A DNA stretch of 64,000 bases. It comes from Capsulimonadaceae bacterium. GTDB taxonomy: Bacteria > Armatimonadota > Armatimonadia > Armatimonadales > Capsulimonadaceae. Location of the stretch: positions 2,336,001-2,400,000 of the forward strand of contig OZ244065.1 in the NCBI GenBank assembly GCA_965215505.1. The letters are read 5' to 3'. Of this stretch, positions 27,206 through 36,968 are shown piece after piece (position 1 is the stretch's first letter; each line of letters opens with the position of its first letter). The position numbers were made by a program, and so were the translations under genes. A model generated the notes under the pieces. It was given only the letters and a program-made list of their open reading frames with translations. It was not told where the DNA came from and did no database searches.

Positions 27206-27568
27206 CTACAGCGGCTCAATGGAGACCTCGCCGCCGTCCGTCATCTCGGCTTGCAGGAGTGAACCGGCGAGCAGGTTGACCCCGAGCAGTGGTGTCCCTT
27301 CCAGCAGCAGGACGTCCGTTTGCCGGAGGTCATCATCCCAGTCCATGTCTACGCGGTAGAGCGGGCACCTGCCGCGCGACCCGTCCGCCAGCATGATCTC
27401 CTGGTCAATGGAAAAGGAGGCATCGAGTTGTTGCAGGATGAACCCCGGCAGCGCGAGTTCCCCGTCAAACCCGGTGTCCACCAGGAACTCGACGGGGACC
27501 GGTCCCGCCTGGCCGGGGAGCGTCAGGATAACGCGGATAAAATTGTCCCGAACATGGCCGATGGTCAT
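27206..27568 (-). CDS. clan AA (retropepsin-like) aspartic protease
   Basis: FLVDTGFDGEL, LADG and PLLGVNLL. The start overlaps the upstream stop (ATGA). Confidence 0.85.
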   Translation of the reverse strand: MTIGHVRDNFIRVILTLPGQAGPVPVEFLVDTGFDGELALPGFILQQLDASFSIDQEIMLADGSRGRCPLYRVDMDWDDDLRQTDVLLLEGTPLLGVNLLAGSLLQAEMTDGGEVSIEPL

Positions 27569-27858
27569 TTGGCACGCCCCGCCATCATCTCGCCCATCAG
27601 GAGGCGCGTGGCAAGGCCGTACTCGACCTCGTCGCCGATCCGGCGGCCATAGAGCCGGCCATCCAGTGGACGGCGCTTCAGCATCTCGCGATGAGCGGCG
27701 TTGAACGTCTTGCCGATGACGTGTTCGCCCGTGTCCACATGGATTACGACGTACTGGTTGTTGAACTCCGGTTCCAGCAGAGGCCTTTTGGCCTCGTAAA
27801 CCGCTTGCCCGCGCGTAGACAGTTCTGCCATGTCTTCTTCCGTGGGTATGACCGCCAT
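27565..27858 (-). CDS. small DUF5678-like hypothetical protein
   Basis: RGQAVYE.KRPLLE...QYVVIHVDTGE..RRIG. GGAGG RBS. Coupled to the protease. Confidence 0.6.
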   Translation of the reverse strand: MAVIPTEEDMAELSTRGQAVYEAKRPLLEPEFNNQYVVIHVDTGEHVIGKTFNAAHREMLKRRPLDGRLYGRRIGDEVEYGLATRLLMGEMMAGRAK

Positions 27859-27955
27859 AGTGGTGCCTCCTGGGTGCATTCTCGCCACGAAGATTATACC
27901 GAAATCCCGCGCCGATTTGGCCTCCCCGCCCCTCCGGTGCGGGCCGAGAATCCGC

Positions 27956-27984
27956 TTGACAGAACCGGCCCGTTCGTTTATAAT
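27956..27984 (+). promoter_or_regulatory. consensus sigma70 promoter
   Basis: Perfect TTGACA-N17-TATAAT upstream of the TPR gene. Confidence 0.8.
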
Positions 27985-28034
27985 GGGCCACATCTTCAAC
28001 GGGCCTTAGAAGCATAGACACACGGAATAATGCC

Positions 28035-28634
28035 ATGAACCTTATCACTAGGCTTGCCCAACGCTGGCGGGCGCTCCAGCAGGAAAGCGCGGTCCGCGCC
28101 GCCTACGAGGACGGCCGCCTGGAGGACGCGATCTCGCACGCGCGCGCCCTCTACGAGTTCGACCTGGACAACCCCTGGGCGAACTTCTTCCTGGCCTGCC
28201 ACCACCTCGAAGCCGAGCGCTACGCCGAGGCCCTGAGCCACCTGGAGCGCGTCCGGGAGGACTGGCCCGACGACGCCTACACGCATTTCGCCGTCGGCCT
28301 GTGCCACGACTATCTGGAAGACCCGCGCGCCGCCGTCGCCTCCTACCGGCGCGTCCTGGAACTGGCCCCGGAGTGGGCCAAGGCCCGCAAGAACCTGGGC
28401 CGCGACCTGTACCTGATCGGCGACTATGCCGCCGCCGAGGCCCTCCTGCGGGTCTACTGCGGCGAGGCCCCTGAAGACCGCGAGGCCCACGACCTGCTCG
28501 GCTATGTCTGCTACCGCCGGGGCAAATTCACCGACTCGTTCGGCCACTACGAAAGCGCGCGGCGGCTGGACCCCTTCAACTCCAAGATGGAGCGCAACGC
28601 CCGGCTTCTGTACATGAAGAGCGCGCGGTCGTAA
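28035..28634 (+). CDS. TPR-repeat protein
   Basis: Repeated A..LG..Y......A...Y..AL.L.P helices. Confidence 0.85.
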   Translation: MNLITRLAQRWRALQQESAVRAAYEDGRLEDAISHARALYEFDLDNPWANFFLACHHLEAERYAEALSHLERVREDWPDDAYTHFAVGLCHDYLEDPRAAVASYRRVLELAPEWAKARKNLGRDLYLIGDYAAAEALLRVYCGEAPEDREAHDLLGYVCYRRGKFTDSFGHYESARRLDPFNSKMERNARLLYMKSARS

Positions 28635-28640
28635 GGCCGC

Positions 28641-29621
28641 ATGAAAATCCCTGACCGCTATCGTGGCCTCTCCATCGCGGATTATCCGCTGAACCTTGGC
28701 GATCTGGAAAAGCTGGAAGCATGGCCGCAGGCCGACATATATCCGCTGCCGGGCTTTATCCAGGGGATTACGCTTTTCGAGATCGGCAACGGGGACATGA
28801 CCGGCTTCTATTGGCCAATCGGTAGGGAGATTAATGAGCCGCTTCTTTGCGACACCTACCATGATGCGTGGTCATTAGGGCCGCAAGCCTCTAGCCTAGA
28901 AGGTTTAGTCAAGCTCAAAGTCGCCGAAGGCTACTGCGAACCTGGCGATGATGACTATCAAGCGGTTCTGGAACTTGCGGAGCAACTTGGCTTTCACTTA
29001 CCCTCCCCCAGCGAAGATGCCCAGCTCCCACCAGACTTGTGGCTGTCTCTTGATGCAAACTCCCCTGCTGCGTTGAAGTCTGCCGCCGCACAGGCCATGA
29101 AAGCGGGAGAACTGGAAGTGGCGGCAGCCCATCTGGAACATGCTCTACAGGCGTTGCCTGAGTATACCGAAGCCCTTTTCATGCTTGGCAACCTGTATCG
29201 CCGACAGAAAAGACTGCTCGAAGCAGCGCAGAAGATGGTTGAGGTGTTAAGCGCTCCGCTCTGCTTCGGCGGGGACCGTGAGAAAGCCTTACAGTCGGTA
29301 AAAAGGCTGCGTGACGAGGACTATCCCGAACTCCGCAGCGACCCGCTGTGGTCACAGCGCCAGCAACTTACCTTTGCGACCGGCGTCAAGCGCAACGACG
29401 ATTTCAACATTTATGAGGAAGCCGTGGCCGAGTATCTGCGTCAGGGGAAGGGCGTTCTGGCCGTGCGGCTCCGCGTCCTGGTCGGTGAGATGATGTGGCG
29501 CGAGACCACCTCGTTCCGGGAGCGCTACGGCTACGGCCTAGAGAAGCATCGACAGCTTCTCAGGAGCGAGATCGAGCAAGCGGGGCTGACAGACCGGCTC
29601 ATCGCTGTGGCGAAGTCATAG
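28641..29621 (+). CDS. hypothetical protein with TPR and a possible SUKH/SMI1-like N-terminus
   Basis: GNGDMTGFYWP..EPLLC..YHD..SSL, then TPR helices (EALFMLGNLY). Lower GC. Confidence 0.55.
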   Translation: MKIPDRYRGLSIADYPLNLGDLEKLEAWPQADIYPLPGFIQGITLFEIGNGDMTGFYWPIGREINEPLLCDTYHDAWSLGPQASSLEGLVKLKVAEGYCEPGDDDYQAVLELAEQLGFHLPSPSEDAQLPPDLWLSLDANSPAALKSAAAQAMKAGELEVAAAHLEHALQALPEYTEALFMLGNLYRRQKRLLEAAQKMVEVLSAPLCFGGDREKALQSVKRLRDEDYPELRSDPLWSQRQQLTFATGVKRNDDFNIYEEAVAEYLRQGKGVLAVRLRVLVGEMMWRETTSFRERYGYGLEKHRQLLRSEIEQAGLTDRLIAVAKS

Positions 29622-29636
29622 TCAAAAGATTATTCC

Positions 29637-32204
29637 TCAGCGGCGAGCGAGGCGGGCGGCATAGGTGGGGCCGGGGTAGGCGACAGTATGGCCCTTGACG
29701 GCGTGCCAGAGCAGGCGGTTGAGCGTGTCCGGGTCGCAGCGGTCGTAGTGCGAAAAGTCCAGGCGGGCGGAGGCGACGGCACCCGCCCCGCGCTTGGGGT
29801 TTACGGCCATCAGGTCCGTGCGTTGGGCTAGGACAGTGTAGGGCGCGAGATTGGGCACATCCGTGAAACTCGCGAACAGAGGAGTCGCCCCGGCGTCGTA
29901 CTGGGTCATCGGCGGCAGGCCGAGCAGAAGCTCCATCGTGCGGACGAACGAGGCCGTGGTATAGAAGGTGTGGTCGAGCGCGCGGCGCTTGGTGTAGGGA
30001 CTGACGACCAGGCCGACCGTGCGGTGGGCGTCTATGTGGTCCGGCCCGGCCTGGGCGTCGTCCTCGATGACGAAGATCGCGGTCGTAGGCCAGAACTTGG
30101 AGTGGCTCACGGCGTCCACGATCCGGCCCAGGCCCAGGTCGTTCGAGGCGACGGCCGCCCAGGGCGTCGGGCGGTTCGGGGTCAGGCCGACCGTGTGATC
30201 TTCGCCCAGGGACATGACCATGTAGTTCGGCCACTGCCCCGTCTTTTCCCCCGCGCGCAGCTCGTCAAGGAAGGCGTCCACATGCTGGAAGTCCCGGCCC
30301 TTGCCCTGCCGGCTCGCCAGTTCCCAGGCGAGGCTGACGTGGCCTTTCAGGGCGGGCTGGGTGGACGTGGCGACGGGAGCGGTGTCCTTGTTGGACACGA
30401 AATTCGAAAACTCGCCGTAGGTGCGGTAGGTCAGGCCGTGGCGCGCACAATTGTCCCACAGGTAGCCGCCCGTCGAGGCGGAAACGGCGTCGTCGCCGGG
30501 CGCATCCCCGCGCGACGGGCTGGCGTAATTGCCGGGGTAGACCTTCTCGGTCCAGTCCGTGCAGAAGGCCGCATTGCACCACTGGTGGCCATCCTCGGAG
30601 ACTTCCCCGTTGCAGTACAAGTTGTCCAGCGTCACGAAGGCCCGCGCCAGCGCGTGGTGATTGGGCGTGACCGTCTTGCCGAACAGCGTCAGGCTGGGGT
30701 CGCCGTCGCCGATGCCGAGGTCGCCGAAGACCTGATCGTAAGTGCGGTTCTCCTTGATGATGTACAGGACGTGCTTGATCGGCGACTTTTGGCCCACGAC
30801 GGACGGGAGGACCGAGTGCGCGGGCCGCTCCGCCGTCCGGGTCAGCAGGGCATCGCGGTAGGGGCAGCCCGCGAGGACCTGGGCCGTGTAGCGCGCGAGC
30901 TGCGCCCGGTCCGGCATGTCAATGACCGAGACGCTGCCGCTCAGGAGCGAGGAGATGTAGTCGAAGGTCACGCCCTTGTCGTGGCGCGGGCCGTAGGACT
31001 GGCCGGGCTTGTTGTAGATGTCCAGGATCATGCCGCCGCCCCGCTTGGGGTAGCTCGGCCCGGTGCCCAGGCCCTTCCCCACCCCGACGAACAGCTTTCT
31101 GCCGTCCGGCGAGACGGCGACGGCGTCGGGATACCAGCCGGTCGGGATGAACCCCAGCACGCGGCTCTCGTCGGGATCCGAAACGTCTATGACTGCCACG
31201 TCGTTGTTGTCGGCGTTGGTGACGAACAGCGTTTTGCCATCCGGCGACAGAGCCAGCGCGTTGGGCGTGCTGCCGGTCGGGGACTGCGGGAAGAGGGAAG
31301 TGCGGACCGTCTGCCGGACGGCGTGCGTCGCCGTGTCAACGACGCTGACGGTGTTGCTCCCGGAGTTGGCGACGTACACGCGCCCGCCGTCGGGGCTGAG
31401 AAGCAGGGCGACGGGCTGCTTGCCTACGGGGACGGTGGCGACGGGGGAGAGCGTCCCAGCCCGGAAGACGGACACGGCCCCGCCGCCCTGGTCCGTCACC
31501 CACACCTCATGGCCGTCCGGCGAGACGGCGACGGCATTCGGATGATCGCCGGTGGCCGCCGAGGCTCTGGCCTTCCCCGTCTCCGGGTCGAGGGCATAGA
31601 GGGTCGCGCCTGGCACGTTGAGCGCATAGAGCGTCCCGTCGGGGCCGACGGCGGGGCCGGCGACCCAGGCGTTCGCGCCCGCCGCCGAGTCGCGGCTGTA
31701 GGGGGCGGGGCGGCCTTTGAGGTCCGCAACCGCCAGCGGCTCCTGCCGGATCAGGTCGCCGCCGCTTTTGACGTACCCGAAGCGCCAGAGCAGCCCGCGC
31801 CCCCCGCCTGAAACGTACAGAGTGTCGCCCGCCGGCCCGAACGCCATGCCCTCCCACGACTGGTCCAGGGTTTGGGTCACCTGCACCTGCTCGTTGTCGG
31901 TGTTGAGGGAGACGACCTGGCAGGGCCGGAACCCGCCCGTGCTGACCAGCAGGCGGCGGCCGTCGGGCGAAAGGCACATCGCCAGCGGCATGTCGCCGAC
32001 GGGGATCTGCCGCCCCGCCGGGTGCAGCACCCAGCCGCTCGGCAGCAGCGTCCCGGCCCCCGTCACGCGCGGCGTGTCCGTGCGCGCGCCCGCCGTGGCC
32101 GTCAGCGCCGCCTCCTTCGCCCGGTAAGCCTTCGCGCCGTAGAGCGCCGAGGCGGCCAGCAGGGCCGCCGCGACCGCCAGGGAACTGATGTGCCTTGTTT
32201 GCAT
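29637..32204 (-). CDS. secreted YVTN/YncE beta-propeller plus phosphoesterase (alkaline-phosphatase-like)
   Basis: Repeated SPDG..YVANSGSNTVSVVD; IKHVLYIIKENRTYD, SEDGH and EDDAQAGPDH. Confidence 0.88.
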   Translation of the reverse strand: MQTRHISSLAVAAALLAASALYGAKAYRAKEAALTATAGARTDTPRVTGAGTLLPSGWVLHPAGRQIPVGDMPLAMCLSPDGRRLLVSTGGFRPCQVVSLNTDNEQVQVTQTLDQSWEGMAFGPAGDTLYVSGGGRGLLWRFGYVKSGGDLIRQEPLAVADLKGRPAPYSRDSAAGANAWVAGPAVGPDGTLYALNVPGATLYALDPETGKARASAATGDHPNAVAVSPDGHEVWVTDQGGGAVSVFRAGTLSPVATVPVGKQPVALLLSPDGGRVYVANSGSNTVSVVDTATHAVRQTVRTSLFPQSPTGSTPNALALSPDGKTLFVTNADNNDVAVIDVSDPDESRVLGFIPTGWYPDAVAVSPDGRKLFVGVGKGLGTGPSYPKRGGGMILDIYNKPGQSYGPRHDKGVTFDYISSLLSGSVSVIDMPDRAQLARYTAQVLAGCPYRDALLTRTAERPAHSVLPSVVGQKSPIKHVLYIIKENRTYDQVFGDLGIGDGDPSLTLFGKTVTPNHHALARAFVTLDNLYCNGEVSEDGHQWCNAAFCTDWTEKVYPGNYASPSRGDAPGDDAVSASTGGYLWDNCARHGLTYRTYGEFSNFVSNKDTAPVATSTQPALKGHVSLAWELASRQGKGRDFQHVDAFLDELRAGEKTGQWPNYMVMSLGEDHTVGLTPNRPTPWAAVASNDLGLGRIVDAVSHSKFWPTTAIFVIEDDAQAGPDHIDAHRTVGLVVSPYTKRRALDHTFYTTASFVRTMELLLGLPPMTQYDAGATPLFASFTDVPNLAPYTVLAQRTDLMAVNPKRGAGAVASARLDFSHYDRCDPDTLNRLLWHAVKGHTVAYPGPTYAARLARR

Positions 32205-32351
32205 GTTCTTAGCATACCCTCCGCGTTCTCCTTTGTGCATTTCCGGCTTAAAACCGGCCCGGATGGGGTATGATTACTTGCTGAATTCATCGTAAGTAGC
32301 CGCCGGCGTCGGCGGTGACACGTCAGAACGAAGGACTTAGAAGAGCCATCC

Positions 32352-33506
32352 ATGACCGTTAAATCTCCCCCGAGCAAGAGCAGCCTGAGCAACGGCAGCA
32401 AGCCCAGTGGCAGTGTGCCTTATGAAAGCCTCCTCCCGCCGGACCTCCTCGAGGAAAAGCCCCACGGCCAGAGCTGGCCGGTCACGCTTTTGAGCCGCGA
32501 GGAGCGCGAGCGGCAGATGGAGCGGGCCTTCGCCGGGCTGTACCGCTGGTATGTCGCCCGCTCGCAGAAGATGCGGAACTGGAACCCGGACGACTCGTTC
32601 GAATGGGGCAAGATGCGGCAGGACCACTCCGCCGACGTCGTCCAGCTCATCGAGGGCTTCTTCGCGGTCGAGCAGTACACGCCCGACTACACCGCCGAGA
32701 TCTTGCAGATCGTCCGGCGCAGCAACGGCCGCTCGAACTTCCAGCTCCGCTGGGGTGCCGAGGAGGAACGGCACGCGAACACCTGGGAGAACGCCCTGCT
32801 GTTCTCGCGCGGGCGGTCCGTGGAGCAGATCGAGCATTACAAGTGGCAGCTCCGCGAGAACGCCTGGACGCTGCCCTGGGAGGACCCGCTGCACATGATG
32901 CTGTACACGGTCTTCCAGGAGCGCGCGACCCAGATCAACTATCTGAACTTCGCCAAGATCGCGCGCGGCGAGTCCGACAACCCCGCCTACGCCGGGGACA
33001 CCGACCCGGTCCTGGCGCGCGCCTGCACCCTGCTGGCCGTGGACGAGGCCGCCCACTACGCCTTCTTCCTGGAGGGCGCGCGCCTGTACCTCTACTACCA
33101 GCCCGAGGAAACCTTGCAGGCCATCCAGGACGTCGTCACCCACTTCGCCATGCCCGCCCAGGACGTCATCCCCAACTGGGACGTGGTCGCCGAGAACATC
33201 TACCGGGCGGGAGTCTACGGGCCGCGCGTGTTCCAGAGGGACGTCATCGCGCCGGTCTTCGACAACCTGACGGTGACTGGCCGCAAGGCATTGGAAAATG
33301 GCTTGAAGCGCGCCCGCGCCGTCCCGAACGGGGAGGGCGAGATGCGCCTGACCGCCCTGTGGGACACCTTCGACACCGGCGAGGCCGAGCGGAGCGTGAT
33401 GCGCCTCCACGACAAGATCACCGACTACGAGAAGAGCGTCGGGCGCGACGCCCTGGACCCGCTCCGATTCCGGCCCAACCCGGACTGGCCGAAGTCCGGG
33501 GAGTAG
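32352..33506 (+). CDS. acyl-ACP desaturase family (ferritin-like diiron)
   Basis: WGAEEERH, YTVFQERAT and DEAAH diiron motifs, plus FAMP. Confidence 0.85.
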   Translation: MTVKSPPSKSSLSNGSKPSGSVPYESLLPPDLLEEKPHGQSWPVTLLSREERERQMERAFAGLYRWYVARSQKMRNWNPDDSFEWGKMRQDHSADVVQLIEGFFAVEQYTPDYTAEILQIVRRSNGRSNFQLRWGAEEERHANTWENALLFSRGRSVEQIEHYKWQLRENAWTLPWEDPLHMMLYTVFQERATQINYLNFAKIARGESDNPAYAGDTDPVLARACTLLAVDEAAHYAFFLEGARLYLYYQPEETLQAIQDVVTHFAMPAQDVIPNWDVVAENIYRAGVYGPRVFQRDVIAPVFDNLTVTGRKALENGLKRARAVPNGEGEMRLTALWDTFDTGEAERSVMRLHDKITDYEKSVGRDALDPLRFRPNPDWPKSGE

Positions 33507-33517
33507 TCTCAGCCCCC

Positions 33518-34327
33518 ATGCAAACCATATCCAAACTCGCCCTCCTAGCCGGGCTGACCGCCCTCTGCTTCGGCTGCCGCTCCGCGCAGCAGCCGGGGCA
33601 GGCGGCCCCGCGCCGGTCCGCCCCGGCCGCGTCCGCCGATCAGGCGAACGCGCCCCTCCTGCCCGACGCCAAGATGACGCCCGGCGCGACCCTGCCCGTC
33701 ACCCGCGCGGACATCTGCGTCCCCGGCTACACCCAGAAGGTCCGCAACGTCCCGCTGGACGTCAAGAAGCAGGTCTACGCCGAGTACGGCATCACGTCCC
33801 ACAAGCCGGGCGACTACGAGGTGGACCATTTGATCAGCCTGGAACTGGGCGGCTCCAACTCGATCAAGAACCTGTGGCCGGAGTCGTACAAAACGCAGCC
33901 CTGGAACGCGCACGTCAAGGATGCCCTGGAGAACGAGCTGCACGCCGAGGTGTGCGACGGCCGGCTGGACCTCGCGACCGCCCAGCACGACATCTCGACC
34001 GACTGGATCGCGGCCTACAAGAAGTATTTCCACACCAATGCGCCGCTCACCGGGTCGGGCGGATCCTCCACGGGCAGACGCCGGCGGCGCGGCAGCCGCC
34101 ACCCGCTGACCGGCGCGGACTCCCCCTTCCCCGCCCCGCCGTCCGCGTCCGGACCGGCCTTGGGGAACACCCCCGCCACGGGTACGAGTGGCCAGGTGTG
34201 GGTCAACCTCAAATCCGGCAAATACTTCCGGCCCGGTTCCTCCTACTACGGCAACACCAAGCAGGGCCAGTACATGAGCGAGGCGCAGGCGCAGCAGCAG
34301 GGGTATGTGGCGGCGAAGGGGCAATGA
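33518..34327 (+). CDS. lipoprotein with HNH-like domain and C-terminal VWVN domain
   Basis: Lipobox-like LTALCFGC; YEVDHLISLELGGSNSIKNLWP; VWVNLKSGKY..YYGNTKQGQYMSE. The start is the ATG at 33518. Confidence 0.7.
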   Translation: MQTISKLALLAGLTALCFGCRSAQQPGQAAPRRSAPAASADQANAPLLPDAKMTPGATLPVTRADICVPGYTQKVRNVPLDVKKQVYAEYGITSHKPGDYEVDHLISLELGGSNSIKNLWPESYKTQPWNAHVKDALENELHAEVCDGRLDLATAQHDISTDWIAAYKKYFHTNAPLTGSGGSSTGRRRRRGSRHPLTGADSPFPAPPSASGPALGNTPATGTSGQVWVNLKSGKYFRPGSSYYGNTKQGQYMSEAQAQQQGYVAAKGQ

Positions 34328-34359
34328 ACAAAGCTTAACAAAGATTTAACATGGATCAC

Positions 34360-34388
34360 TTGACAGGCAGGCGGGGACGTGCTATGAT
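34360..34388 (+). promoter_or_regulatory. sigma70 promoter with extended -10
   Basis: TTGACA-N17-TATGAT with TG-n before the -10. Confidence 0.7.
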
Positions 34389-34476
34389 GAAGGCATCTCC
34401 TGGCCTGCCCGCTGTTTTAGGCCCGCCCCGAAGGCAAGTACGCTCGGTCCCGCTTCGATGAAGACTGGAGATCACC

Positions 34477-35088
34477 ATGTACGCGCCCCTTCGACTCGGC
34501 CTTTTTGTGCTGTTCAGCATAATCCTCTGCGGCTTTAACGCTCCCGTGTCGGCCCAATCCGGCAGCATCCCGGTCGCCAACTTCAGTTTCGAGGCACCCG
34601 TGGTGTCCAGCTACGACGAGGTCAAGAGCGGCTACGCAATGATGCAGGCGCACACGAACTCCGGCTGGACTTTCACGGACTACGCGGGCATCGGCCTGGC
34701 CGAATACTTCAACAAGGACGCTTCCGGGCACGGTCAAGCCGCCCCCGACTGAAACCAGGTCGGCTACATCCAGAACTACTACAACTATCCCCCCGGTATG
34801 CTCTCGCAGACGGTTTCCGGCCTCCAGCCAACCCAAAGCTATTACGTCATCGTCTCCGCCGCCCAGGATGGCAGCAACACCGGCGGCCTACTTCTGCCTC
34901 TCACCGTGACGCTCGGCGGCCAGAGCTATCAGTTCACCCCCGGCGGCACCCAGTACCAGGATTACACCATCGGCCCGTTCACGGGGACCGCCGACAGCCA
35001 GACGCTCCAATTCAAGGGCGTGGCACAGACCTCTTCGACGGTCGCCACGGCGATGCTCGATAACGTCCGCTTTGTCCCGGCTTCCAAT
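34477..35088 (+). pseudogene. secreted beta-sandwich (CBM/DUF642-like) protein, with a nonsense stop and truncated by IS
   Basis: Signal peptide, NFSFEAP..GWTF. An in-frame TGA at 34750-34752 (APD*NQV) continues in frame to LSQTVSGL..LDNV. It is cut by the IS256 end at 35089. Confidence 0.7.
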
Positions 35089-35102
35089 GAGTGTAAAATG
35101 TT

Positions 35103-36888
35103 TGATACTGCTGGCGAACTCTACGTCGCTGCGAGCGCGACCGGCTTGAGGCGCCCGAACTGCGACTGGCGCGTCCGGGCCAGCGGCGCCTCCGTCAGCC
35201 AGTCATAGACCCGGCAGAAGTTGAGCGCGGCGGCGGTCGCTAGGTTCTGCAGGTGAGTCTTCGCGTGACCCACGTAGCGGCACTGCCGCAGGCCGAAGGC
35301 CCGCACGCCCTGCGAGATCGTGCCCTCGATCCCGGCGCGGGCGGCGTAGCGCTCCCGGAACTGCGGCGTCTGCTGGTGCCGCCGGGCCGCGTGCAGCGCC
35401 TCGTGCTCGGGCTGCAGGTGCAGGTACAGCGTGCGCCCTTTCGCCTTGGCGCGCGTGCAGTCGGGGCGATGCGAGCAGGCGCGGCAGTCCGCCGCCTCGA
35501 ACACGGCCAGCAGGAAGGTGCTGCCCCGCGCGTTGCGCGTCGGCTGCCACGGGCGGCTGGTCTTGCCGCCGGGGCAGGAGGCACGCTGCTGCTCCCAGTC
35601 CAGCCCGAAGCGGGACACGTCGAAGCCCTTGCCCTCCTCGGCCTGGCGGCTGCCGTCGCGGGCGACCGGCCCGACGATCTCGACGCCGTACCGGGTTCGG
35701 CTGGTCACTAGGTGCGAAGCCTGCGTGTAGCCCTCGTCCACCAGGTGCTCGGCAGGCAGGCGGTCCGCCTCAGCGAGTGCGTTCTGGACGCAGGGCGTCG
35801 CCTCACAGTCGGCGGTGGTGCTGGGCGTGGTGAGCACCTGTGTGATCAGGTGCGGCGTGTCGGCGTCGCAGGTCTCGGTCAGGTGCACCTTGTAGCCGGT
35901 CCACCGGGTCTGGCGCTTGACGGAGAAGCGCGCCTCCAGGTCGTAGGGCGAGACGATCAGCAACGCGCCCGGCGGCAGGTCGGCCTCGGCTCGCAAAGAC
36001 ATCTGAGCCGCCTGCTTCTGATTCGTCTGATTCTGATCCACCTGTCGGTGAAACTGCTGGAGCCACACCCGTCGCAGGGCCTCCATCGCAGGCAGCTCGC
36101 GCAGAGAGGGAGGCGCTGCGGCGGACCAGACCGCCTGGAGCAGAGCGAACCCATCGGCACCGACGGCCAGGGCGAACTTATCGCGCTCCGTCTGGGAGCG
36201 GGGCATCCGGTAGTTGTCCGCGCGCCTGCCGTAGCGGTCGAACCAGTCCGGCGGCGCCAAAGATTGCAGCCACTCGGGGTCTGCCTCGGCCACACTATTG
36301 AGGGCGTAGCGCAAGGCCTCGACCAGCGTCTCCATCCGGTGCAGGCCGCGCACGAACGAGAGGACGTGGGTGGAGTCGGTACGCTGGCGGCCACGGACCT
36401 TCAGCAGATCACGTTCCTTGAACCGGGCCAGCATCACCTCGAACAGGCGCGCTTCTGCGGCACCCGCCAGCAGCCGTGAGCGGAACTCACAGAGGACGCT
36501 TGAGTCGAAGCCGCAGTCCTCCAGATCAAGAGACAGAGTGTACTTCCAGTCGATGCGGGAGCGCACGGCGTCGGCGGCCTGGCGGTCGGAGAGGCCCGCG
36601 ACAAATTGCATGACGGTCACGAGTGCTAGCCGCCACGGTGCTGCGGCGGCCTGCCCGCACGCGGGGAACAGATCAGCAAAGTGTTCGTCGGTGAAGATCG
36701 TAGCGAACTCGTCACGCATCCGTGTGTACAGGTTGCCCTTGGGGAACGCGGCACGAGTGACGCGAGCGGTCTGCTCTGGAACAGGGTCACTAGCTTTCAC
36801 TTGCAGGGACATGGCGGGGCCTCGAAGGAATGACTTCAAGGCATTCTACCTGCCGGTGCCGGCCCTTGGCAATTCGCCAGCAGTATCA
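35103..36888 (-). mobile_element. IS1182-family insertion sequence
   Basis: Perfect 16-bp terminal IRs TGATACTGCTGGCGAA / TTCGCCAGCAGTATCA, flanked by a TGTT direct repeat (35099-35102 and 36889-36892). Confidence 0.9.
35121..36812 (-). CDS. IS1182-family DDE transposase (intact ORF)
   Basis: LSDRQAADAVR.RIDWKY.L.L, QRTDSTHV, WTGYKVHLTE, HLVDEGY and Y..RAGIEGTISQ. Confidence 0.92.
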   Translation of the reverse strand: MSLQVKASDPVPEQTARVTRAAFPKGNLYTRMRDEFATIFTDEHFADLFPACGQAAAAPWRLALVTVMQFVAGLSDRQAADAVRSRIDWKYTLSLDLEDCGFDSSVLCEFRSRLLAGAAEARLFEVMLARFKERDLLKVRGRQRTDSTHVLSFVRGLHRMETLVEALRYALNSVAEADPEWLQSLAPPDWFDRYGRRADNYRMPRSQTERDKFALAVGADGFALLQAVWSAAAPPSLRELPAMEALRRVWLQQFHRQVDQNQTNQKQAAQMSLRAEADLPPGALLIVSPYDLEARFSVKRQTRWTGYKVHLTETCDADTPHLITQVLTTPSTTADCEATPCVQNALAEADRLPAEHLVDEGYTQASHLVTSRTRYGVEIVGPVARDGSRQAEEGKGFDVSRFGLDWEQQRASCPGGKTSRPWQPTRNARGSTFLLAVFEAADCRACSHRPDCTRAKAKGRTLYLHLQPEHEALHAARRHQQTPQFRERYAARAGIEGTISQGVRAFGLRQCRYVGHAKTHLQNLATAAALNFCRVYDWLTEAPLARTRQSQFGRLKPVALAAT

Positions 36889-36968
36889 TGTTTTCTGTAA
36901 AAGCGAAGGCCTGAAATAGTAGGGCAGGGAGTATCCTTGGAGTTACCACACACCGAGGAACACAGCCC

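Noticed and set aside
32603-33517. N-terminal 300 aa of the 574-aa ORF-track call
   Set aside because: It overlaps the desaturase in another frame. The real start is the ATG at 33518 with a lipoprotein signal.
34750-34752. In-frame TGA as selenocysteine or recoding
   Set aside because: The context APD*NQV fits GGA(Gly) mutated to TGA. The gene is also IS-truncated, and TGA ends many intact genes here.
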